DNA of 64,000 nucleotides, taken from assembly GCA_043228905.1 (NCBI GenBank), contig JBHGNT010000005.1, positions 13,206,001-13,270,000 of the forward strand, given 5' to 3'. How positions within the stretch are numbered: the first letter of the stretch is position 1; each line of letters opens with the position of its first letter. Source of the DNA: Azolla caroliniana. Its lineage: Eukaryota > Plantae > Polypodiophyta. This document shows, one piece after another, positions 1 through 10,511 of the stretch. A program made the position numbers and the translations under genes. The notes beneath the pieces were generated by a model. It searched no databases. It saw only the letters and a program-made list of their open reading frames with translations, and was not told where the DNA came from.

Positions 1-891
1 GTTCGGCTTCGACCGGCGTAGTCAGAGGCTCAACCGGAGGAGCGGCGCTGGAAGAATTGACGAGGGCGGTAAAGGACCTCCAAATCGCGCAAGCCCGAAG
101 GGAAGGTGGCGAACCGGCTCGTGACCGACGGCCGGCGGCAGGAAACAAGTGCATGTGGTGCGATGAAGTCGGCCACATTCGGAAGGACTGCGGCGACTTC
201 GCAGAGGCGCTGAGGAACAGGGTGGTGTACCTGTGGGAAGGACGGGTGCATGCCAGCGACACCCGAAGGGCCCTGAGCCGAAACGACGGAAAGGGTGGTA
301 TGAAAAGGTTGATGGAAGAGGCGGCGGCCCGACACGCGGAAACCGTCCACTACTCGGCGTCGGCCGGCATTCGAGTCGGGGGCGGCGAGGCCCGAAGGGA
401 AAGCAAAGCCGGATTCTGGCCAACGATGCTGGAAGGCCTTGCCGGTGCAAGGCTTAAAGGGGAGGAATCGGACCGTGCGGAGAAACGGGTACGGGAGATG
501 ACCGGGTGGAGCGACCCGGTCGAGGAAAGGACGGGCTTCGTGGAAGCCGCTTGCCAGAACTACGAGGCTCTGGTAGAAGAGAAGCGGGTGGGGAGACCCG
601 GGACGACCGGGCCCTCACAACGATACGAGACCCGGTCCGGGCCACGACGGGACGAAGCCGGCGGGGCCGGTACGCAAGATAAACCCCAGAAGGGCGGGTA
701 CCGTCTGGGGACGGAGATAGAAAGGACCACGGACTTACGAAAGGTCCTGGAAGAACGGATCCTCGACAGCAAGGTGGAGCTGTCGTTACGAGAGGTGCTG
801 GGAATCGCCAAGAAGGAGTTCCACGACTCCATCGTGGACTTGGTGAAACGGAAGAGGCTGTCGACGGAGACAGAACTGGAAAGACCGGTGG
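1..891 (+). pseudogene. gag: gag (ORF1) C-terminal part of element A, cut by the insertion of element B
   Basis: ORF 57..926 with a CCHC zinc knuckle. The frame ERPV|EVRTTH is restored when 892-5246 is removed and matches the paralog at ~45450. Confidence 0.9.
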
Positions 892-1348
892 TGTCAGGAA
901 CTCTATTAAGGCAGAGAAGGAATTAGTACTAAAAGAAGGATTAGTACTATTGTTGGGGAATAGTACTAAGACAGAGAAGGATTAGTACTATGAGAGGTGT
1001 CGAACTTTGAGAGAAGGAATGAGTGAGTGAGAGAGAGAGAGAGAGAGAGAGAGAATGATGATGCGAAAGATATATGTATTATATGACGGAAGATATACAA
1101 CAGTAGTTAGAAGGCTTAAGACTGGCGTTGAACCGATTTGGTTCGAACTAATGCCTTGCGCCTCCTTTTATAGTGTCTTCAGGAATACTCCTGAAGTTTC
1201 TAGAATGTTCCAGAGAAATCTGGAATATACATCAATTTCCTAATAAAACCTAAATCAAAATAATATCCTTCAAATTACAACTCATAACCTAATGGTAAAG
1301 TCTCGACCCGTGTAACAAAAGGTTATGGGTTCGAGTCTAGTTATGACA
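892..1348 (-). repeat. 3' LTR of element B
   Basis: Direct repeat of 4785-5241; adjacent to the PPT (minus strand ttttaaagggggggtag). Confidence 0.97.
1280..1348 (+). promoter_or_regulatory. tRNA-like A-box/B-box module at the U3 edge of chromovirus LTRs (also ~5173-5241, ~12630-12700, ~20185-20240)
   Basis: TAACCTAATGG (1285) and GGTTCGAGTC (1328); in B2, TAGTCTAATGG and GGTTCGA. Confidence 0.5.
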
Positions 1349-3538
1349 CTACCCCCCCTTTAAAACGACGAGTTTCACGAGTCGTTTTGGATTGAGGACC
1401 CGGTTTCTCGGGATATCGTCGATGGAAGTCTTCAAGTCCTCACGTATAGTATTGGTAATGTCGGAATCCACGGGCATGTCAAAGATCTGTGCTGCTTGCA
1501 GTCGTGCTGGACCCAAGATTACTTGCTTCTGGTTATCGAAAGCTGGCTCACCGGGACGTGGTGTTAGATACGAACGCCGTGATAATGCATCTGCCTTCCC
1601 TTGGTGCTTCCCCGGACGATATGTAATTTTGAAGTCGAAGCGTGTGAGGAAATGGGCCCACCGAGCTTGACGTCGATTCAGTACACGAGCATCTTGAAAG
1701 TAGGCAAGGTTCTTGTGGTCACTGAATACAGTGACCTGATGAGGAGATCCCTCCAGGAAATGCCTCCATTGCATAAAAGAATCAACTATTGCTAATAGCT
1801 CTTTATCATGAATTTCGTAGTTGATTTCGGCGGCGTCAAACTTACGGGAGTGGAAAGCCACAGGATGTAGCTTCTCGTCGTTACCCTGTTGTGACAGAAT
1901 GCTCCCCAATGCGAAATCCGATGCATCAGCTTCGATAATGAATGGTTTTTCCGGATCCACATGACCTAAAATTGGAGCTGATGTAAACGCCTTCTTAAGA
2001 CTCTCGAAAGCCATGTCCGTCTCTTTAGACCAAATGAATGATTGTCCCTTCCTGGTGAGCTGTGTGAGAGGCAGCACAATTTTTGAGTAATTTTGTATGA
2101 ACTTCCGGTAGAAATTTGCAAAGCCTAGGAAGCATTGCACATCCCGCACCGAACGCGGAGTGTGCCATTCTATCACCGTTTTGACCTTGGCTGGGTCCAT
2201 AGATATGCCTTCTGAGGAGATGACATAGCCGAGAAACTCCACTTGGTTGCACCCGAAACTACATTTCTCTAACTTTGCATACAGACCATGTTCTCGAAGT
2301 CGTTTTAGTACTAATAGTACATGAGAATCATGTTCTTCTTGGGTCTTTGAATAAACCAGTAGATCATCCAAATAGATGATCAAAAAATCATCCAAGAGGT
2401 CTCGAAATATATCATTCGCCATGTGCTGGAAGACTGCCGGCGCATTAGTGAGTCCGAACGGCATGACCGTATACTCGAAGTGCCCATATCTGGTGCGAAA
2501 CGCGGTCTTCCATTCATCTCCTGGTCGGATCCGTACGAGGTTATAGGCTCCTCGTAAGTCGATCTTCGTGAAGAACCTGGCACCGTTGATCCGTTCTAAA
2601 AGACTTGAGATAAGGGGAAGAGCATACCTATTTCTTACTGTGACCTTATTCAAGCCACGGTAATCTACAACGAGTCGAAGCGAGCCATCTTTTTTCTTGA
2701 CGAAGAAAATGGGTGCGCCGGCTGGAGATTTCGAATGCCGAATGAAACCGTTCTCCAAATTCTCCTCTATATAGGCTCGAAGGACTTCTAGCTCGGTTGG
2801 TGACAAATTGTAGATCGGCCCCCATGGCGGCTCTTTTCCCGGTTGTAAGTCGATGGCGCAGTCGTACGGCCGATGATGAGGAAGTGTGTTGGCTTGTACT
2901 TTATCGAACACATCAGCATACTGACGATACTTCTCGGGAAGTTGAACGGTGGACTCCTCTTTGGTGGTGCTGGAGGGTTGTACTGATATTGCAAAGAGAA
3001 ACATTTCCTCCTTGCGCCCTTCCTCACGCAACTGTCGTAGCGAAATGGTTGCAACCTTCTGGGTAGATCCTTGGGTTTGTCGCAACCGGATTTCCCTTGT
3101 CCTCCAATCTATGTCTGGGTCATGTAACTCGAACCATGGTAATCCTAAAACTATGGGATGTTCTGGAATACTAATAATATTAAATGATACTACACATGTT
3201 AAGTTATCTAGGACAATATTAACGGGTTCCAACTCTTCTATGATATTACCAGAAGCAATGGGACGACCATCAATGACTACTACTGAGGCTGGACATGGGA
3301 GCTTTCTGAGAGATATCTGATGAGCTCGGGCAAAATTCCTATCCATGAAGCAAGAATTAGCTCCGGAATCTAGAAGGGCTAAGGTATGTACTGGAGGGGT
3401 ACTTTTAGTACTAACTGCTACTTGGACTACGAACACATCACTAACTTGCTTAGAGGGAATGGAACCACTAATGGGCTGCACAGATCTAGGGCTGTCCAAC
3501 CAAACGGCTCCTATTTTGGCTGGACTTAGTCGTTTAAC
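1349..3538 (-). CDS. pol: Pol of element B (PR-RT-RNaseH, integrase deleted), probably made by -1 frameshift from gag
   Basis: ORF 1349..3499 with LLDSGA, KIDLRGAY, YLDD, EADASD, NRRQARW. The frame is -1 to gag and open across the gag stop. Confidence 0.9.
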   Translation of the reverse strand, partial: VKRLSPAKIGAVWLDSPRSVQPISGSIPSKQVSDVFVVQVAVSTKSTPPVHTLALLDSGANSCFMDRNFARAHQISLRKLPCPASVVVIDGRPIASGNIIEELEPVNIVLDNLTCVVSFNIISIPEHPIVLGLPWFELHDPDIDWRTREIRLRQTQGSTQKVATISLRQLREEGRKEEMFLFAISVQPSSTTKEESTVQLPEKYRQYADVFDKVQANTLPHHRPYDCAIDLQPGKEPPWGPIYNLSPTELEVLRAYIEENLENGFIRHSKSPAGAPIFFVKKKDGSLRLVVDYRGLNKVTVRNRYALPLISSLLERINGARFFTKIDLRGAYNLVRIRPGDEWKTAFRTRYGHFEYTVMPFGLTNAPAVFQHMANDIFRDLLDDFLIIYLDDLLVYSKTQEEHDSHVLLVLKRLREHGLYAKLEKCSFGCNQVEFLGYVISSEGISMDPAKVKTVIEWHTPRSVRDVQCFLGFANFYRKFIQNYSKIVLPLTQLTRKGQSFIWSKETDMAFESLKKAFTSAPILGHVDPEKPFIIEADASDFALGSILSQQGNDEKLHPVAFHSRKFDAAEINYEIHDKELLAIVDSFMQWRHFLEGSPHQVTVFSDHKNLAYFQDARVLNRRQARWAHFLTRFDFKITYRPGKHQGKADALSRRSYLTPRPGEPAFDNQKQVILGPARLQAAQIFDMPVDSDITNTIREDLKTSIDDIPRNRVLNPKRLVKLVVLKGG

Positions 3539-4695
3539 TCTTCTTCTAATTGGCTAAGGACATCAAATTTGTTTGCGAGATTCGGACTATTAGTACTATT
3601 AGGACTATTATGACTATGAGGATTATCAGAGATTCCTACTGACATAGACTCGGGTTTAGTATAGTCAGAACTAACAATGACTTGGTTTACCTGCCTTCTT
3701 GGTCTATGGGGACAGTTTATCGCGATATGCCCTGGTCCACCGCAATAAAGGCATAATCGGTTTGTTCGGCGTCGTTGCTTTTCCTCCTCCGATAGCGGCC
3801 CACGACGACGTGTAGTGTCAATTTCCATTGGAGTTGGAGTACTTACTGGAGGCGCATTATGTGACTCCCTTTGAAAAGGTTTCGCTACCATTGAGGCATA
3901 GGTAGGCTCGGATCTTGCCCTCGGCATCTGAAATTGTCGTTCCGAACGTCGCTCGAAGAGGCGGTTGTCACATCTGACCGCTCGACTGATTGCTTCTGTT
4001 AATGATTTTGGCTCTTCAGGGAAAGTCAAGAGTAAATCCTTGACATCGTTGCGTAGACCATAGCGGAACTGCTCCATCAATGCTTGATCATCCCAGGGGA
4101 TATCGGCGGCGAGTAGGCGGAAATCTGCAGCATATGCGGAGGCTGGACGGTCACCTTGGCGTAATCGCCGGATTTTGTTGATTGCAGTCCTTATGCTGTC
4201 AGTATCTCCAAAACATGCTTTAAACTCACTTATGAATTCTTCAAAATTATTTAGTACTGGAGATTCCTTTTCTAGTAGCGGAGCGAACCATGCTAATGCT
4301 GAGCCATTTAACAACGTGCCTACTAAACCCACTCGTGATGCATCGGTGGGATATCGGGACGGATGCATTTGAATAACTAACCGTACCTGGTTAAGAAACC
4401 CTCTAAACTGCGATCGCGTTCCATCGAACTTCGTGGGAAGGCCAATCTTGGGTTCTTTATGAATCCCTTGTGCTCCGTGCCCTTGTTGTTGCATTGCTAC
4501 GATGGTTGCTTCGAGTTGTTGCACGCGTAACGCAAGTTCCCCATGCTGTTGTTGCGTTTGCTGCTTTTCCAAGGAAATTTGCTGAAGATCCCCCAACAAG
4601 CGTTGATTTTCTTGTTCCAAAGCATGAAACTTCTCTTTCAAGCATTGAAATTCCGAGAAAACGGACTGATACTCTTCAGCGCTAACGGTGGCCAT
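3526..4695 (-). CDS. gag: Gag of element B (coiled-coil N-terminus, capsid, CCHC knuckle)
   Basis: 389-aa ORF with PTKFDG, LRQGDRPASAYAADF, GLRNDVKD, PTPMEID and CLYCGGPGHIAINC. Confidence 0.93.
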   Translation of the reverse strand: MATVSAEEYQSVFSEFQCLKEKFHALEQENQRLLGDLQQISLEKQQTQQQHGELALRVQQLEATIVAMQQQGHGAQGIHKEPKIGLPTKFDGTRSQFRGFLNQVRLVIQMHPSRYPTDASRVGLVGTLLNGSALAWFAPLLEKESPVLNNFEEFISEFKACFGDTDSIRTAINKIRRLRQGDRPASAYAADFRLLAADIPWDDQALMEQFRYGLRNDVKDLLLTFPEEPKSLTEAISRAVRCDNRLFERRSERQFQMPRARSEPTYASMVAKPFQRESHNAPPVSTPTPMEIDTTRRRGPLSEEEKQRRRTNRLCLYCGGPGHIAINCPHRPRRQVNQVIVSSDYTKPESMSVGISDNPHSHNSPNSTNSPNLANKFDVLSQLEEELND

Positions 4696-4784
4696 GGGAT
4701 GAAGGAAAAGGGAAATAAGAGACTAGTAGGAAAGGAGAGAGACAGAAGGAAGAGGGAGACTAGTAGGGAGAAATCGGTTCAAAC

Positions 4785-5241
4785 TGTCAGGAACTCTATT
4801 AAGGCAGAGAAGGAATTAGTACTAAAAGAAGGATTAGTACTATTGTTGGGGAATAGTACTAAGACAGAGAAGGATTAGTACTATGAGAGGTGTCGAACTT
4901 TGAGAGAAGGAATGAGTGAGTGAGAGAGAGAGAGAGAGAGAGAGAGAATGATGATGCGAAAGATATATGTATTATATGACGGAAGATATACAACAGTAGT
5001 TAGAAGGCTTAAGACTGGCGTTGAACCGATTTGGTTCGAACTAATGCCTTGCGCCTCCTTTTATAGTGTCTTCAGGAATACTCCTGAAGTTTCTAGAATG
5101 TTCCAGAGAAATCTGGAATATACATCAATTTCCTAATAAAACCTAAATCAAAATAATATCCTTCAAATTACAACTCATAACCTAATGGTAAAGTCTCGAC
5201 CCGTGTAACAAAAGGTTATGGGTTCGAGTCTAGTTATGACA
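4785..5241 (-). repeat. 5' LTR of element B, with TATAAAA at 5065-5059 on the minus strand
   Basis: Direct repeat of 892-1348; followed on the minus strand by a self-complementary PBS at 4782-4771. Confidence 0.97.
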
Positions 5242-5246
5242 GGTGG

Positions 5247-5776
5247 AAGTGCGGACGACGCACCTAGACGGCATGGCGCTGGGAGACGAGTGGGCGGAAA
5301 GCCACTATTCGAGACCACACTGGGCCCGAGCGACCACGGAAACCCCGGTGAAGATCGGCGATGTCCGGGAACCGGTGATAGCTTTGGTGGACCACGGATC
5401 GGAGATCAATTTGATGTCCATGGACTTCTATAAGAAGGGCAAATGGCCGATCAACACCAAGCACGGGTGGAAGATAAGGGCAGCAACGCGCGCCACCGAG
5501 GAACTGCACGGGGCTTGTCCGAATGTGCGAGTCAAGATTGGCGACGTCGAGATCGACCAGCACTTCTTCGTGCAGGAGACGTCTTCGCATCCGGTCATTC
5601 TAGGAGAGCCGTATATCACGGCGGCGCGAATGGAGACCAAAGTGCTGGACAATGGTTCGGCCTACGCGAGGGTCAAAAGCCAAGACGGGCGCCATTCGGT
5701 CCAGTTTCTGACGGTACGGCCGAACCACGAACGTAACCGCGATTCCCTCGGTTCCGAAAACCGAGAGGATTTTTAG
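5247..5776 (+). pseudogene. End of ORF1 of element A encoding the aspartic protease
   Basis: ALVDHGSEINLM ... VILGEPY retroviral-type protease motifs; ends in GAT TTT TAG. Confidence 0.85.
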
Positions 5777-8700
5777 AGAGGACTGCCAAGGCGTGGGGCC
5801 GCGACAGTCCGGATGCTCCGGAAAAACCCCACATCTGTACGATAAAACCGTGTACAATAGGTAGGAAATTTTGCTTCTCCGACAGCGGAGCATGTACGTT
5901 GGTCGGCATCGCCGGCCGAGAGAAAACAAAGACGGAGGGGAGACTTCGGGCGTGCGGAGTTCTCGGCCCTAACGAAGAAATCAACGGAGCCGTGGAGGCA
6001 GTCTCCTTCGACGACACCTTGGGAATGCTGGGGAGGGTAGTCGAAGAAGACCTTATCGAGGACCGGACGATACCGGTATGTTCCGTAGAAATGTACGAAG
6101 TCATCGCGGACTTCGGTCGAGGGCTCGAGTCGGAACGGGCGGCCCGAGTTAGCACCAAGTACAAGACGGTGGACCGGAAGGTGAGGCCAGTTGCGGCGCC
6201 CTTACCGGAGGGCAGTGAATCCCGGATTAAAGGGGTTGCATCGGACCCCAGCTTACGAGATCGGGCCTGCATAGGACACACCTTCACCAACGAGACGCTC
6301 CGCGAGCTGAAGATCGGTGGGGGCGGGTTCCTACTGCCGGCGGAGGAAGACCGGTTCCGGAGAATGCTCGGAAGGCACGGGAAAGCCTTCGCATTCTCGC
6401 CGGAGGAAATCGGGTGCGCGGACCCGACGATCGTAGAGCCGATGGTGATATTCACGGTACCTCATGTACCGTGGAATCTCAAGCCAATTTCGGTTCCGAG
6501 AGCTCACATCCCGAAGTTGATGGAGCTGTTGAAGCAGAAAGTTGATATGGGCATTCTCGAGCCGTCGAGCGCCCCGTATTCAAACCGCTGGTTTACCGTA
6601 CCAAAGGAAAACGGATCATTGCGCTTCATTCAGGACCTGCAACCGGTCAATAGGGTGACCATTCGGAACGCAGGGATCGGACCGACCATAGACGAGTTCG
6701 CGGAGGCCTTCGCCGGAAGGTCGATTTACTCGGTCGGTGATCTATACTCGGGGTACGACCAGTTCCAGCTAGCCGTGGAAAGCAGAGACATTACGACGAT
6801 GCGAACTCCCCTCGGCCTAGTGCGGATGTGTACGCTGCCGCAAGGAGGGACCAACTCGGTGGCCCACATGGTGAATGCGATGAACAAGGTGCTGAGGGAC
6901 TGCATCCCGGACATCATCATGCCGTTTCTAGACGACATCCCGATCAAGGGATGCCCGGTAGAAGAGAAGGACGAGACGGTCGGGCCGGACGGATGCCGGC
7001 GATTCGTGGTAACGCACATCGACGACTGCGAGAAGGTGCTGCAAAGGCTAGAGGATGCGAGGCTCACCTTCTCGGGGGAGAAGTCAGCCTTCGGGCAGTC
7101 GGAAATCATGGTGGTCGGACATTTATGTGGACCATATGGCCGGAGACCGTCTCCGGCAAAGATAGAAGCCATCTCCGCGATGAAGCCTGATTGCAGCTCG
7201 GTCATGGAAGTACGAAGATTCTTGGGGGCATGCGCCTTCTACCACATATGGATCCCGCATTACGCGCACGTCGCGGAGCCGCTGTACGGATTATTGAAGA
7301 AAGGGCGAAGATTCGAATGGATAGACAAGCACACGGAGTCGGTCCGGAAGCTGAAGGAGGCTCTTTCGGCAGCACCGGCGCTCTGAAAGGCCGTCTACAG
7401 GAAGGGCACCCCAGTGTACATAACGGTTGACACGAGTCCGACCGGAATCGGGTGGGTCGTCAGCCAAGAAGACGAGGACGGCAATCGGTTTCCGATCCGA
7501 TTCGGCGCGAAGGTCCTCAGCGAACGGCAGCGAGGATACGCCCAGGTTAAACGCGAACTCTGGGGTATCGTTTCGGCGGTGAAGGCCGACAAGGACTATC
7601 TGATCGGGACAGAGGTAATCATAGAGACGGATTGCATGCCGATTCTCGGCATGGTTTCCGGATGCGCGACGCCGGACCTGGCAATGCTCAGGTGGATAGC
7701 GTACATCAAGTCCCTGGACCCGGAAATACGACACATTTCCGGGAAAGACAACGCCATGGCCGACATGCTTTCAAGGGCGAGATTCGATGACGAGGGCGGC
7801 ATGGTTTCGGAGGACGAAGAGGTCGGCGTGGACTTCTTCGAGACTGCGTATGTAACAACCGACGGAACAAGCACTCCGGCGCTTAACGACTTCGACGCGA
7901 GCAAGTATGACGGGGAGTGGCTACAGATCGGTGGGTTTTTGAAGACAATGACGCCCGATGCGTCATGGACGAAGGACGAGGCCAACCGGATCCGGAAGAA
8001 AGCGTACCGGTTCTTTCTCCGGGATGGCTATCTATGGAAGCACCCGAAGAAGAGGGACGGCGCTCCGCTCCGGGTGGTGGCGATGAAGGAAGAACAGGAG
8101 GAGCTGCTGACGGCCTACCACGACAGCCCTTGGGCTGGACACCGTGGAACATGGGCTACGTTTGAGAAACTGAAGGGGAAGTATTGGTGGCCGGGGCAGT
8201 ACCGGGACGTGCATCGGTTCGTGACAACTTGCGAGAGCTGTCAGATGCACTCCATAGTCCGATATCGGGACGAGCTTCACCCCACGTACCCTCCGACCAT
8301 CCACTTCAAATGGATGATAGATCTGGTAACGATGCCAATGGGGGTAGGACAGATGCGGTACCTGGTCCTAGCGCGGGAGGATCTGACGAACCAGGTGGAA
8401 GGCCGGGCCCTTCCGAACAAAACGACCGCGGCCGTATGCCGGTTCCTAATCGAGGACGTGATATGCCGGTACGGGTGCGTCGGGAAGATCGTGGCTGACC
8501 GAGGGGAGTTGGACGCCGAAGAAGCCGCGGAGCTGTTCGACCGGCTGGGAGTCAAGCTCTCGCTCACCACTGCGTACAATCCGGAGGCGAATGGAAAGGT
8601 GGAGCGCGGACACGGACCGATCGTCAAGGCGTTGGTTCGGGCATGCGGAGGCCGAGTCGGTGACTGGCCGCGGCTGCTACCTTATGCTTTGTGGGCAGAC

Positions 8701-9255
8701 CGGACCACGCACAGTTCGGTAACCGGGTACATGCCGACGGAGCTCATGTTCGGCCAGAAGCCGATCATGCCGATGGAACGGACGATCTCCTCGTGGGCAA
8801 CGGTCGACTGGAGGGACGAGATGAGCCGGGAGGAGTTGTTGGCCGCGCGCATACGACAGCTCGAGCGGAGACCGGAGGACGTGGAACTGGCTGCGGAGAA
8901 GCTCCGGGTGGCGAGGAAAAAGAACAAAGCCAGGTTCGACCGAACGCACCGGCTCCGACCGAAGAAAATCGAAGAAGGTGACTGGGTGCTCGTCTACGAC
9001 AGCAGCCTCGACAACCAGCACCGAGCTACACGGAAGTTCGCACGAAGGTGGTTCGGGCCTTACGTGGTACGGAGCGCCAATGACAACGGGACATATCACC
9101 TGGCGGAACTCGACGGCACGAGAATGGCGATACCGGTTGCAGGGAAGCGGATCAAAGCGTTCAAGAAGCGACACGACGACGAGCCAGACCCGGCTCTCCT
9201 GGTCAGCAGTGACGAACGATCCGAAAACGAGGAAGAACCGACGGGCGAGGAATGA
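5767..9255 (+). pseudogene. pol: pol (RT-RNaseH-integrase) of element A in the -1 frame, with one nonsense codon at 7384-7386
   Basis: ORFs 5899..7386 and 7414..9255 are in the same frame, which is open back to 5761. TGA sits where the paralog has an Arg codon (CGG). Confidence 0.9.
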
Positions 9256-9326
9256 AGACGGGCCGGTTTTCTCCGTCCCAACTCTCTTGGCGAATACCGG
9301 AGGATGCGCGGTTAGGTGGGGGCGGA

Positions 9327-10103
9327 TGTCGTGAAGAAAACCGTCCATAAGCAGAATCGGCAGACCAAGGCGTGGGAACCGGTTCCTCACGCGCGCACGC
9401 TCCAAGTCGAACATAGAAGCGAGTTAGGAGGATAATCGGCAGGAACGGGCCCTAACACGAGTGGAGACAAAGACCGCGCGAACAGTCTTTTCGGTCGCGC
9501 GCGCGAGCTAAGGGACGGCACGAGTCGGCGGCGTAACTACGCGTATGCGTGAAGAACGGAGCGGATCCCTGTTCGAAAGGGACAGGGAATAAAGCTGACA
9601 GGACGGCCTGCTCGTCGGGCTATATAAGAGCAGGAAAGAGCTGTTGCAGGTATCTCGCGCGGAGAGGACGAAGTGCTGTCGGACCGTTTCTGGACGCTTC
9701 TCTCTCTCTGTTTCCTTCCTTCTTGAGCTCCATAGCTTTCTGTGCAGGGTTCCGAGGAGGCTCGCGCTGTTTCGAGGAACGCCCGAGTGCTTCCGGCAGC
9801 CCCTTTGTGCGTCGAAGTGAACAGGCATCGGCATCTGTTCGCCGGCCTGTTCGGTTGTAACCAACCTGTGCCCCGTCGAGGGTTGTAGTCGTGTTAGCCA
9901 TTTTTCTTAATACACATATTTAGTCATTCGCATCTGTCTGTGTCGGTGTCTGTTCGCGTCCACCGTGCTGAAGGGCCGCGTCCCTGTGTATCCCCGGCCC
10001 TGCGTAGCCGGTTCTCTCCCTTTCTCCTCCCTCGCTTGCTCTTTGGTTCGAGACCCCCGCGGTCCTGCCTCGTTTCCACACGCACTTGCGTAAAATCTCG
10101 ACA
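9327..10103 (+). repeat. 3' LTR of element A (777 bp)
   Basis: TGTCG..CGACA termini, follows the PPT, contains CTATATAAG; the 3' part is similar to the LTRs at 43206 and 49553. Confidence 0.9.
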
Positions 10104-10511
10104 CCGCAATTTGGGAACTTAAGCTTTCGTACTCGTTCAGGTGATCTTGGACCAAGTTAGATTCTTTCATTCAAAAGTTGTAAAGGCGCCGAATCAGATA
10201 TATCTTCGTGGCGGCGACCTTCTTTTCATAAGTGTCTGAAAGTGTCTTCCATAGTTGGAAGGAAATTGAACACGATTTCATAGTCAAGTACACGGACTCC
10301 GATAGGTGCATCCAAAATTTTGGCGTAGACAATTATGTCCAGGATCTGCCACTCCATCGGCTTGTATCCTTCTGGAGGGTTTTCGTTCTCGATTGGATTG
10401 ATCTGACCCTAGACTATTAGATAGTCCTGCATTTGTTCCTTCTAGAAGTTGAAGTTCGATCCGTCAAACTTCCTTAGACTCATCTCTAACAAGCTAGATG
10501 TTGATGCCATT
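10104..10511 (-). pseudogene. Degraded Ty1/copia gag N-terminus with a degenerate Met-type PBS; target of element A
   Basis: Minus strand reads KFDGSNFNF*KEQMQDYL..QDHLNEYESL; tggcatcaac at ~10500-10510. Confidence 0.65.

Larger units (their letters stand above)
892..5241 (-). mobile_element. Ty3/gypsy chromovirus-type (Tcn1/Tf1-like) element B, young, lacking integrase and chromodomain
   Basis: Two 457-bp LTRs that look identical (892-1348, 4785-5241; TGTCA..TGACA), 5-bp TSD GGTGG (887-891 / 5242-5246), PPT at 1349-1365, intact gag and PR-RT-RH. Confidence 0.97.
1..10103 (+). mobile_element. Ty3/gypsy LTR retrotransposon, copy A of the tRNA-Trp-primed / 4-bp-TSD family; 5' end lies outside the window; interrupted by element B at 892-5241
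   Basis: Gag CCHC knuckle CMWCDEVGHIRKDC, protease ALVDHGSEIN, RT (DLYSGYDQ..PFLDDIPIKG), RNase H (VDTSPTGIG), integrase (H..GH..C..C, AYNPEANGKVER, GPY). PPT-like ggtgggggcgga precedes the 3' LTR. Colinear with the copy at 43206-50168. Confidence 0.95.

Noticed and set aside
5673-9414. Long antisense ORFs over pol (for example 5673..6455, 8677..9414) and equivalents in A2 and C3
   Set aside because: Expected shadow ORFs of GC-rich coding sequence; no motifs, and boundaries differ between paralogs.
1-10103. Bacterial contamination or HGT suggested by high GC/CpG content
   Set aside because: The GC-rich segments are retrotransposon coding regions joined to neighbours by clean TSD junctions.
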